Shown piece after piece: positions 43,001 to 50,400 of a DNA stretch of 64,000 bases (within the stretch, counting starts at the first letter, position 1; the number at the start of each line of letters is the position of its first letter). Location: positions 9,684 through 73,683 of the forward strand of contig CAZTTU010000001.1 in NCBI GenBank assembly GCA_964616045.1. The letters are read 5' to 3'. The position numbers and the translations under genes are program-made. This stretch comes from an uncultured Verrucomicrobiota bacterium. GTDB taxonomy: Bacteria > Verrucomicrobiota > Verrucomicrobiia > Limisphaerales > UBA1100. The notes under the pieces are model-generated. The model was not told the origin of the DNA. It made no database searches and saw only the letters and a list, made by a program, of their open reading frames with translations.

Positions 43001-43780
43001 AATTTGATTGGCTTCTTCTTGGATGTTATTGAGATCTGTGTCGATGGCATCAAATTCATGTCGTGCCAATCGAGTTTCCATGTCGCGCAATTCATCCATG
43101 ATTTTCTGATACCGACGCGCCTTGCCCGCCTGCCGCTGCAGTGAGCCGATCTGGCGTTTCACTTCGCGTATGGTATCCTCTAATCGGAGCAAATTCTGCT
43201 CTGTATAATCAAGTTTACGGAGGGCTTCTTTCTTCTGCTGCTTAAACTTTGTGATACCGGCAGCCTCCTCAAAGACCATTCGCCGCTCTTGCGGCCGACT
43301 CTGAATGATACTTGTAATTTGGCCTTGAGCCATGATGCTGTAGCTGTTACGGCCTATTCCGGTGCCCATAAAAAGCTGTTGGACATCGCGCAAGCGGCAG
43401 TTGGCACCATTCAGAAAATATTCACTACCACCATCTCGGTAGACCCGGCGAGTAACAGTGATCTCATTGAATCTCAAATCCACCCCTGCGGCCTTCAAGT
43501 TTTCGTCGCCCACATCACCAATAGTGATCGAAACCTCTGCCATGCCAGTGGGCTTGCGACCGCGCACACCATCTGTTCCGCTAAAAATAACATCAGCCAT
43601 TTCCCCGCCACGCAGCGCTTTGGCAGACTGTTCGCCAAGCACCCAGCGAATGGCGTCAGATATATTTGATTTTCCGCAGCCGTTTGGGCCGATAATCGCC
43701 GTGATGCCCGGCTCAAAATCCAGAGATGTTTTATCAGCAAAAGACTTAAAGCCAATTGCCTTCAGACTCTTCAAATACAT
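40043..43780 (-). CDS. smc: Chromosome segregation protein SMC
   Basis: Walker A GPNGCGKSN, long coiled coils with a central hinge, LSGGEQT signature and Walker B FCVLDELDAPLD. Confidence 0.96.
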   Translation of the reverse strand: MYLKSLKAIGFKSFADKTSLDFEPGITAIIGPNGCGKSNISDAIRWVLGEQSAKALRGGEMADVIFSGTDGVRGRKPTGMAEVSITIGDVGDENLKAAGVDLRFNEITVTRRVYRDGGSEYFLNGANCRLRDVQQLFMGTGIGRNSYSIMAQGQITSIIQSRPQERRMVFEEAAGITKFKQQKKEALRKLDYTEQNLLRLEDTIREVKRQIGSLQRQAGKARRYQKIMDELRDMETRLARHEFDAIDTDLNNIQEEANQIRVDLEGHSSLIIEGEGALKTIRNELSSLDKQVNAVQQQNMDLKSQEERHENRMQFNMQRMVELKEQHADTEVDITGGRERQKEVDAELERINQQRANSVHALDRSRQNVDDKSMLVEGLDAKICERQSVRHGAQSDADELNNQLMLARNELNALEMQKQANVARLEKLSAEKVQLEEERIKLDASLTEFQERAENDSLHAQTHHGTVKERQERLADLNRQLIEAEDGLDELLRRQAEAKSRKEVLQQLIESKEGFGAGAQTLLEEFDSVIGTLSDLIRVPDEYVPAIGAALGSNLQLILTQKPDEANEMLARLARLKQGGASIVALEMLVERGGEIPPSDLPGKGKAALHVVETDESNQSLLQALLGRTVIVDTLETATELWRSNPGRFNFVTLGGVSLSRQGVYTSASSNSSVAAHGSVLARRNQVDDLESQLTNLGHLIDEASRLKGQLMAEQTELQASLQNARDELSDHKVAIATQKGELNALQNSKLILNQKIDAAVFEVGQLAEQDGDIRGKAVDLSTQIRKLEREVCKLKEDNAAHDAFICEHREFRERAVGELTEARVACSKAEDREVSLLSQKNVMEERLEELRHALERSQKSLSENAERKVQLEAQNVDSRQEINRLRIERESTSTKIGELAEGRNRQAAEVERREMELSERRASHVEMQERKGQVEVEITQKQMMQEQLVERIREKHDINLREFQGEIITINITDNGQTTKKTIASEEARGGEEPVDWEKIRVHVNDLQGRIEGMGPVNLVAIEEYKEIEERFTFLNEQHDDLVNAKTELEQVIARIDKQSREMFAETFEKVRANFQKMFPDLFGGGRANLILTDDEDVLEAGVEIVASPPGKQLRSISLLSGGEQTMTAVALLFSLYQVKPSPFCVLDELDAPLDDANIDRYVHKLKEFLSHSQFIVITHSKRTIAAAGVLYGVTMQERGVSRIVSVKFHSDHNRGDSSHKLDASTGDNNVAQAPKNEEVFLAK

Positions 43781-43943
43781 ATAAACCTCCTTCTGGCCAC
43801 CTTAGGGAAAACTCGCAAGGCGCCCCACCCTATATATTGCATCGCCCGCTCACGCCACCCCCAACAAGTAGTGGCTGGCGCGATGCTCGTGGGGAGACCT
43901 AATAACCAATAAATACTGACTTGGCCAGTGAAATCTGAATTAA

Positions 43944-44963
43944 TTATTCAATGATTGCTCGCGCTTCTGCTTGAACACATTCGGCCAATTCATTAGGCGA
44001 AAGAACCTTGGCCTGACTTCCCCAGCTAAGGATCCATCGCTTGATGTCCGCCAAGTGACTCAAGCTCATTCGTAGCTCCACTTCACCATTTTTCAACTCC
44101 TTGATTTCCTGTGTCGGATGCCAATTCTTTTCCCGGATAAGGGGCGCAACATTTTTGTTGAATTTTATTCGTATTTCATATGATTCATTTCCCTTAAAGA
44201 CACCAAATGAACTGGAGAGATAGTTGTCGAGGGAAAAAGAAGCCGGCCGGACAAATACTTTGCCAGTGGTTTCCGCAGCCTCAATCCGCGCGGGAACAAA
44301 GGAGCGTATATCTTGCTGCTTGTAATCAAATGCGTATAGATACCATTCATTGTTGATGTTTGCAATTTGATAGGGGTCAATGGTGCGCTCTTCGGGTTTA
44401 TGATTTGGTTTTTTATACGATATTTTGAGTTGCTTAGATTTGGCAGTTGCCTTGCATATTCTATCAAACAACTCGATCTCCACTTCCGATCCAACTGTGT
44501 GGCGAAAACTCAGAGCCTCGTCCCATTCATTGAGGTGAATATTGACCGCATCAGGAAGTGAATCAGAAATTTTTTTGAAAGCCGCGGAAAGCCGTTTCTC
44601 AAAAACTGTACCCCTATAATTTTGCATGGCCTTTTCGGCTATCAACATGGCAAACAATTCGCCTTCGTTAACCTGCAACATAGGAAAAGAGTCAACTGGC
44701 CTTGTGTATTTGAACCCATTAAAAGCTGCGTCAAATTCGATCGGCAAATCCCAGCGATCGCGCATAAACCGGATATCACGATGAATGGTTTTGGTGCTTA
44801 CCTCCATTTTTTGCGCAAGCGTACTTGCATTTGGGTAGTTCCCACGCCTGACCGATTCGTGTATCTCTACGATCCGCTCCAAAGGGGGGCGAGAGTGCAG
44901 CACGGGCGATTGGCCACGTTTTAATTGGGCTGGATATTTCCTGCTTCCCCTGGCCTTTGCCAT
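43944..44963 (-). CDS. HTH + WYL domain transcriptional regulator
   Basis: N-terminal HTH (NASTLAQKMEVSTKTIHRDIRFMRD). WYL core NNEWYLYAFDYKQQDIRSFVPARI. C-terminal extension. Confidence 0.8.
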   Translation of the reverse strand: MAKARGSRKYPAQLKRGQSPVLHSRPPLERIVEIHESVRRGNYPNASTLAQKMEVSTKTIHRDIRFMRDRWDLPIEFDAAFNGFKYTRPVDSFPMLQVNEGELFAMLIAEKAMQNYRGTVFEKRLSAAFKKISDSLPDAVNIHLNEWDEALSFRHTVGSEVEIELFDRICKATAKSKQLKISYKKPNHKPEERTIDPYQIANINNEWYLYAFDYKQQDIRSFVPARIEAAETTGKVFVRPASFSLDNYLSSSFGVFKGNESYEIRIKFNKNVAPLIREKNWHPTQEIKELKNGEVELRMSLSHLADIKRWILSWGSQAKVLSPNELAECVQAEARAIIE

Positions 44964-44973
44964 GGTCGAATCG

Positions 44974-46104
44974 TCAGGTTTTAAGCTTTGAAAGCAACTC
45001 GGCGTTTGTCGGGTGCTTCTTCAGCGCGCCAATGAGTGTTTCCATTGCATTGACCGGGTCAAGGTCCACCATGGTGCGCCGAAGTTTGTGAATTGCATCA
45101 AGGTGTTCATCGGGGAAAAGTTTCTCCTCCTTGCGCGTGCCGCTCTTTGGAATATCAATAGCAGGATAGAGGCGACGCTCCGCAAGCTTGCGGTCGAGGA
45201 TAAGCTCCATGTTTCCGGTGCCTTTGAACTCCTGGAAAATCAGTTCGTCCATTCGACTGCCGGTATCCACCAATGCAGTAGCCAAAATGGTAAGGGACCC
45301 ACCATTCTCAATATTCCTCGCTGCCGCAAACATGCGGCGAGGAATTTCCAATGCACGCGCATCAACACCGCCAGACATTGTTCGCCCGCTGCCGCCTTTT
45401 ACGTTGTTGTAAGCACGAGCAATGCGAGTGATTGAATCCATCAACAAAAACACATCCTGGCCGCATTCTACCATTCGGCGACAACGCTCAACCATGAAGC
45501 GCGACAGGCGGACGTGAGTTTCCAGATCCATATCATTGGAAGAGGCAACCACCTCGGCCTCAACGGAGCGCTCAAAGTCGGTGACTTCCTCGGGGCGTTC
45601 GTCAATAAGCAACACGATGGTCTTCACATCAGAATGGTTTGTTGTGACAGCATTGCAAATCTGCTTGAGGACGGTGGTCTTTCCAGTGCGTGGGGACGCC
45701 ACAATCAAACCACGCGTTCCTTTGCCTATCGGCGTCACCAGATCAATGATGCGGGTCTCAATTTCTTCGGGTGTAGTCTCGAGTTTGAATTTTTCAAGGG
45801 GATCGATGGTGGTGAGATTTTCAAATCTCGAACATTCGGTGTATTCCTTGAACGGCATTTCGTTCACAGAATATATTTCCTTGAGCTGCGGACTGTGCCC
45901 CTTGTGGGGCGGCACAAGGCGACCCTGAATGAAGCAACCTTCTCGCAAGTAATGGCGACGGATCGTGTCAGGCGTCACGAAAATATCGCTGGGCTTGGAT
46001 TGGAAGCGATTTCCCGGCGAACGGAGAAAACCAAAGCCCTTGTCAGAAATTTCCAAGTAACCTTCGCCCTCTTCTGGCCATTCGGTCCTGCTGCTCTTTG
46101 ACAT
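44974..46104 (-). CDS. rho: Transcription termination factor Rho
   Basis: [17 protein letters not shown]-binding domain, Walker A SPRTGKT and [12 protein letters not shown] 46104 is preferred over the longer ORF. Confidence 0.96.
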   Translation of the reverse strand: MSKSSRTEWPEEGEGYLEISDKGFGFLRSPGNRFQSKPSDIFVTPDTIRRHYLREGCFIQGRLVPPHKGHSPQLKEIYSVNEMPFKEYTECSRFENLTTIDPLEKFKLETTPEEIETRIIDLVTPIGKGTRGLIVASPRTGKTTVLKQICNAVTTNHSDVKTIVLLIDERPEEVTDFERSVEAEVVASSNDMDLETHVRLSRFMVERCRRMVECGQDVFLLMDSITRIARAYNNVKGGSGRTMSGGVDARALEIPRRMFAAARNIENGGSLTILATALVDTGSRMDELIFQEFKGTGNMELILDRKLAERRLYPAIDIPKSGTRKEEKLFPDEHLDAIHKLRRTMVDLDPVNAMETLIGALKKHPTNAELLSKLKT

Positions 46105-46276
46105 GATAAATGTTTTTTGTGAACGACGCACAACTACTTGCATTCTACTGCGTCGTGATGATCTACCAGAAATTGCCTCTCAAACTGAACCCGAGAGGAG
46201 GTGCGCACAAAAAACGTTTAGCATGAAGACAGTCGCACTGGCAATACTTTTTAACCAATTCTGCACATAATTAAAA

Positions 46277-47284
46277 TCAACCACTTGGATCCCGTACAGT
46301 AAGCTCAGCCACGATCGCCCTCGATTCTTCCGCTAGTGGCGTGCTGAGATATCGCTCGCCCGTAGACGGGGCCACAGTGACAATCATTTTACCAGCATTT
46401 TCAGGCCGACGGGCGACTTTCAGCGCCGCTGTCACGTTTGCTCCTGAAGAGATCCCACACAGAATGCCCTCTTTTTTGGCCAATTCGCGGGCCATGGAAA
46501 ACGCATCATCGTTGCTTACCCCGATGCATTCGGTTATTTGTTTACTGCCATCTTCACTCTTGATGTGCAAGTTCTCAGGCACAAACCCAGCGCCTGTGCC
46601 TTGAATCTTGTGTGGCCCCGGCGTAAGTTCCTCGCCAGCCAGTTTTTGTGATATTACCGGTGAATCTTCCGGCTCCACGGCAATAGCTTGGAAACTGGGC
46701 TTTTTGGCCTTAATGACCTCTACGCATCCCGTTAAAGTGCCCCCGGTACCAACACCTGCCACTACAATATCAACCCCGCCTCCGGTGTCTTCCCAAATTT
46801 CCAAAGCAGTTGTTTCGCGATGAACCCTTGGGTTTGAAGGATTTTTGAATTGTTGCGGAACCCAGGAATTTTTGGTTTCTTCAGCAAGTTTTTCAGCCAT
46901 GGCAATGGCACCCTTCATTCCCTTTGCTGCTGGAGTCAGAACCAGATCAGCACCGAGCATCGCCAGCAGTGTGCGCCGTTCCACCGACATGCTCTCAGGC
47001 ATGGTGAGAATAAGTTTGTAACCCTTGGCAGCGGCGACAAAAGCCAGCGATATCCCGGTATTACCACTAGTAGGCTCGATAATCACAGTGTCCTCCGTGA
47101 GTGTGCCATCGGCTTCGGCCGCCTCGACCATAGACATCCCAATGCGATCCTTGACGCTGGAAAGTGGGTTGAAAAATTCGCACTTAAGTAACACGGTGGC
47201 ATCAATGCCCTCGGTTATATTATTTAGCCGAACGAGTGGGGTGTTGCCCACAGTCTGCACGATATCGTCATAAATTTTACCCAT
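46277..47284 (-). CDS. cysK: Cysteine synthase A (O-acetylserine sulfhydrylase)
   Basis: [13 protein letters not shown]-lysine motif and [10 protein letters not shown]. 335 aa. Confidence 0.93.
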   Translation of the reverse strand: MGKIYDDIVQTVGNTPLVRLNNITEGIDATVLLKCEFFNPLSSVKDRIGMSMVEAAEADGTLTEDTVIIEPTSGNTGISLAFVAAAKGYKLILTMPESMSVERRTLLAMLGADLVLTPAAKGMKGAIAMAEKLAEETKNSWVPQQFKNPSNPRVHRETTALEIWEDTGGGVDIVVAGVGTGGTLTGCVEVIKAKKPSFQAIAVEPEDSPVISQKLAGEELTPGPHKIQGTGAGFVPENLHIKSEDGSKQITECIGVSNDDAFSMARELAKKEGILCGISSGANVTAALKVARRPENAGKMIVTVAPSTGERYLSTPLAEESRAIVAELTVRDPSG

Positions 47285-47306
47285 GGTGTGATTTGGTAGT
47301 ACGGGG

Positions 47307-47335
47307 AATTGAGCACATATGTACTCAATTGAGCA
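47307..47335 (-). promoter_or_regulatory. Direct repeat TGCTCAATT x2 flanking a near-palindrome, upstream of cysK
   Basis: Exact 9-nt repeat (plus strand AATTGAGCA) at 47307-47315 and 47327-47335, with starts 20 nt apart. The intervening sequence contains the ACATATGT palindrome. It lies 23-51 nt upstream of the cysK ATG. Confidence 0.3.
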
Positions 47336-47364
47336 AGTGTTTTGAGCTTCGAAATGTTACTAGC

Positions 47365-47404
47365 CAAACAAAAAGTCCCTGCCAGACCGAAGTCCAACAG
47401 GGAC
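47365..47404 (-). terminator. Intrinsic terminator (minus strand)
   Basis: Minus strand reads GUCCCUG-UUGGAC-UUCG-GUCUGG-CAGGGAC followed by UUUUUGUUU. Confidence 0.8.
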
Positions 47405-48600
47405 AAATTGGGGGGTGGGCGTTCGCTTAACTCGCTCTTCCCCGTTGCAACCATTAGGCACCTGCAATTCAGGTCGGTTGCTCCCCGACGCTATTCTCCG
47501 TGACTTGCGGAGTTATCGGCCTCATAGCAGGGCCGCCCAAGTCCTCACGGCACTTGGATCATTGGGTGAGGTTTATTTGCCCGCTTCAGCCAGTGGTTGC
47601 AGCCACTGACCTGCGGACCAGGCCGGGACATGAAAGTGAAACATTCATCTCCGAGCCATCTGGCAAAGGTCGGCCACCACTTTTGGTGGTGCGTTGGCCT
47701 GTGCCACGGGTCTCGCCTCTTACCCCTGAGGTCACCATTCATTCACTTGGCAGCGCTGCATTTTTTGCATCGCCACCGGGGCGGATAGTTTTCACGATCC
47801 TGTCTTGGATCAGTGTCTATCCCGACGGAAACCCCAGCTTTGTCCCTCTTTTCAGAGGATTTCGTCTGGCTAGCCATTTCAAGCTAATTTTTGATTTCCG
47901 CCGCGCTAATTTAACAGTAGGCGACCTGCACCTTTTAGGCAACTGTGTTCAACTCAAGCCTGAAGTGGGCTTGAGCATCTTACTCAATTGCACCCCCCGA
48001 AGGGTTTGCAACCGGGTCGAAACCTGTTCTTAATCACGCCCTATTGCTCCGAAAAGCATCGAGCGTTAACCGCAAACATGCATCAACCGACTCAGGGCGT
48101 CTTCTTTGGAATTTGCGCATTCCGCACCCCTAACCTCCCAAACGCATATCGGCCTTTTCGCGTATCGACAGTGCGCGAACACTATCGTGCATTTGGGTGA
48201 ACTTTGCCATCTCCACATCTGGCTATCCCGCAACTCTACTCAGCCTGCCAGTCACCAGAAGCAACTTTTCTGTCCTGAGCCTAGACGCGGACCAATATGT
48301 TTCAAAGGGGGCAAGCGTATTAGCCCCGCCTGCCCTTTCACCCGGTTTCCCGGGCATTATCATTGGAAGCCTCCGCACGGTAAACGTACCTCGGCTTCTG
48401 TTCTTTCAAGGAACCGTTGCTAGACTAACATATATTCACGGGGCATCCACTAATTGTTTTGAACAGCTTTTTCACACCCATTGTTAAAATGACTGGGTTT
48501 ATTAACAGAAAAACACTGGTATTTGCTCAACGTAACGCACCCTGTGAATTAACGCTGCACTCCCTCACACCGGAAGTGTGATGGCTTGTTAACAAGTGCG
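47405..48600 (-). ncRNA. Candidate large structured non-coding RNA, unassigned family (boundaries approximate)
   Basis: No credible ORF on either strand. The minus strand is about 60% purine in the lines I counted. It carries multiple GAAA/UUCG-capped hairpins and nested helices when read on the minus strand, and a terminator immediately at the 3' end. Confidence 0.45.
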
Positions 48601-48640
48601 TTTTTAGTGAGGTGGTGCGCGAGCATTTTCGCGCGAAAGC

Positions 48641-48736
48641 CTACGCGGCTGCTTTCTTGCCCTTCTGGGCCTTCTTCCGCTTGATATATATAGCGCGCCG
48701 TCTTCGCTTTTGGATTTTATTGGTTTGCTGCCCCAT
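48641..48736 (-). CDS. Possible 31-aa ultra-basic peptide
   Basis: Hand translation gives MGQQTNKIQKRRRRAIYIKRKKAQKGKKAAA, then a stop. A GCGCGA/UCGCGC hairpin follows. No SD sequence, and only 45 nt from the divergent lipoprotein ATG. Confidence 0.25.
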   Translation of the reverse strand: MGQQTNKIQKRRRRAIYIKRKKAQKGKKAAA

Positions 48737-48781
48737 GATTGATCTTTACAGGATTGATTATTAAGTTTTGTTTTTCCAAAT

Positions 48782-49282
48782 ATGAAACGGGTCACCATTT
48801 GCTGCAATGTCTTTTTTTTGATTATTTCAGGATGCAGCAGCCTGAGCACAAGCAAAGTCAGGATGGCTTTATTTGTTGAGCAAGAAAGTGGCCGAGGAGA
48901 GGCGGTTGTGGAGATGAAGGTGTTTAGGGCAAGCCCCAAGGTGTTTTTTGTAGCCTCTAATCCGGTGCTCGAGGTAGGTAAAGGGGTGCTAAATGGAGCG
49001 ATCTTGAGGGAGGGCTCCGACAAGGTGCTTTCTTTAGAGCTCCACTTCACCTCTCGAGGGAAAGCCTTACTTCAAGATATCACAACACGCTATCGCCAGC
49101 AACGGCTGTTTGTGGTGGTGGCTATGCCTGACGAGGCGGATAAGAAGCGGATTGTTTCTCGATGTATAGGTGTGTATTACGTTCAGAAAACAATCGACGC
49201 AAATATGTTCCAATTTACGCCTGACACGAATGAAGCGGAAGCAATTGAAATTGTAAATGGATTAAACAAGGCTCTTCGATGA
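48782..49282 (+). CDS. Lipoprotein with stand-alone SecD P1-head-like domain
   Basis: Lipobox FLIISGC. LELHFTSRGKALLQDITTRYRQQRLFVVV..FQFTPDTNEAEAIEIVNGL parallels EIHFTLDAIGANKFAKITDRH..RLLAVVRV..GQITGIDSMKESHEIAASL in the SecDF of this same window. Confidence 0.6.
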   Translation: MKRVTICCNVFFLIISGCSSLSTSKVRMALFVEQESGRGEAVVEMKVFRASPKVFFVASNPVLEVGKGVLNGAILREGSDKVLSLELHFTSRGKALLQDITTRYRQQRLFVVVAMPDEADKKRIVSRCIGVYYVQKTIDANMFQFTPDTNEAEAIEIVNGLNKALR

Positions 49283-50355
49283 GGGCTGCTCCTTTGATGG
49301 CAGCCCTTGCTGCCACCATCAGTTCTTCCTGCGAAAAAAAGAGCGCTTTGCCTCTTGTCCCCGCAATCAGCAAACCCTCAAGAACAAATGAAACTTTTCC
49401 GAAGAGCCCCGCATTTCAATTTCCCACTGCCAACCGCGAATTACTCCGCACCGGAGGGGAAGAGAGGTTTTTCACGCCTACCAATCCGGGGCGCCCTTGG
49501 AGCAGCGGAGCTTTTGGGTGCGTACGGAACAGTGGCACGCGTTTACATGAAGGCATTGATATTAGGTCAATGAAAAGGGACCATGATGGTGAACCAATAG
49601 ACTGGGTGGTATCGTCACGATCCGGAAAGGTAGTTTACATCAACAGGAACATCTCAGCATCTAACTACGGAAAATATATTGTGTTGTCACATGAAATCGA
49701 GAGACTTCCGATTTATACATTATACGCGCATCTCCGGGAAGTGAAGAAGTCTCTGGCAATTGGAGATGCCCTGGGTGCAGGGGAGGTGTTGGGTGTTCTG
49801 GGGCGGACATCCAACATCAAAGAAGGAATACCCAGAGAGCGTGCCCATTTACATTTTGAAATCGGAGTACGGGTCAACCCCAAATTTAACCAGTGGTTTG
49901 ATAGTTGGTATACGGACGGGAATAATTTTCATGGGGATTGGAACGGGCTCAATTTATTAGGGCTGGATGCCGCCGCAATCTTAAAACAAGCAGATGCCGG
50001 CTCGTTCAGGATGTTAGGGCACTTGAAAGAAGAAATGCATCTTTGTCGGATTCTAATATTTAACAAGAACTTTAATTGGCTGAAGCGATTTCCACAGCTG
50101 ATTGATGACCGCGATCCGGGTAGTAAAAGAACAATTCAGACATGGGAGGTAGATTTGAATTTTAATGGCATTCCTGTGCGAGCAGTCCCCGTTCGAGATG
50201 AAATAAAATCAAGAGGAGCCAAATACAGGATTCTGCAAGTCAACAAAGCAACCCTAAAGAAACACCCCTGCAGCGGTTTAGTTTTCCTTAAAGGCCAACA
50301 ATGGGTGTTCACTTCCAAAGGTCGCCGATTGCTGGACCTTTTGCTTTTTGAGTGA
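49279..50355 (+). CDS. M23 family metallopeptidase
   Basis: HEGIDIRS, YTLYAHL and AHLHFEIG motifs. ATGA overlap with the upstream lipoprotein gene. Confidence 0.85.
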   Translation: MRAAPLMAALAATISSSCEKKSALPLVPAISKPSRTNETFPKSPAFQFPTANRELLRTGGEERFFTPTNPGRPWSSGAFGCVRNSGTRLHEGIDIRSMKRDHDGEPIDWVVSSRSGKVVYINRNISASNYGKYIVLSHEIERLPIYTLYAHLREVKKSLAIGDALGAGEVLGVLGRTSNIKEGIPRERAHLHFEIGVRVNPKFNQWFDSWYTDGNNFHGDWNGLNLLGLDAAAILKQADAGSFRMLGHLKEEMHLCRILIFNKNFNWLKRFPQLIDDRDPGSKRTIQTWEVDLNFNGIPVRAVPVRDEIKSRGAKYRILQVNKATLKKHPCSGLVFLKGQQWVFTSKGRRLLDLLLFE

Positions 50356-50400
50356 GTTCTTACTTGCGGGATCAGGGCCTTGCCAATAGCCTCCCGCGCG

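Noticed and set aside
45514-46101. 195-aa plus-strand ORF
   Set aside because: It is antisense to rho. Shadow ORF.
47440-47560. S-box (SAM-I) riboswitch upstream of cysK
   Set aside because: The fragments GAGGACUUGG..CCC..UAUGA, GCAACC and GGUGCCUAAU loosely recall S-box core sequences. The spacing is off by about 40 nt, and the P1/P3/P4 pairings cannot be drawn. This is insufficient without a covariance-model search.
47415-48487. Six overlapping plus-strand ORFs of 63-177 aa in the ORF track (e.g. 47500-48033)
   Set aside because: They overlap each other in all three frames, are rich in P/S/L/R/C and lack any recognisable motif. They are explained by the low purine content of the plus strand, which leaves few stop codons. 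Treated as non-coding.
48536-48540. GUGCG on the minus strand as a group II intron 5' end
   Set aside because: I found no domain V-like 34-nt hairpin (AGC triad, 2-nt bulge, GNRA loop) and no domain VI near the 3' end. There is no RT/maturase ORF and no interrupted host gene. The hairpin at 48371-48403 has an internal GAG/GGA loop and a 5-nt loop, which is unlike domain V.
47405-48600. Identity as RNase P RNA, tmRNA, SRP RNA or 6S RNA
   Set aside because: Short resemblances exist on the minus strand to E. coli RNase P RNA (AGAUGAAUG, GGUAAGAGG). The universally conserved P4 strand GGAAAGUCCGGGC and ACAGAAcCCGGCUUA are absent, and the element order is wrong. There is no tRNA-like GGUUCGA..CCA 3' end or tag ORF for tmRNA. 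There is no GGAAGGAAGCAGCC for SRP. The length is also 3-10 times too large.
48604-49050. 148-aa minus-strand ORF
   Set aside because: It is antisense to the plus-strand lipoprotein gene, which has a clear signal peptide/lipobox and SecD-head similarity. The minus product is low-complexity (S/T/L/K/R) with an Arg-rich tail. It is a shadow ORF.
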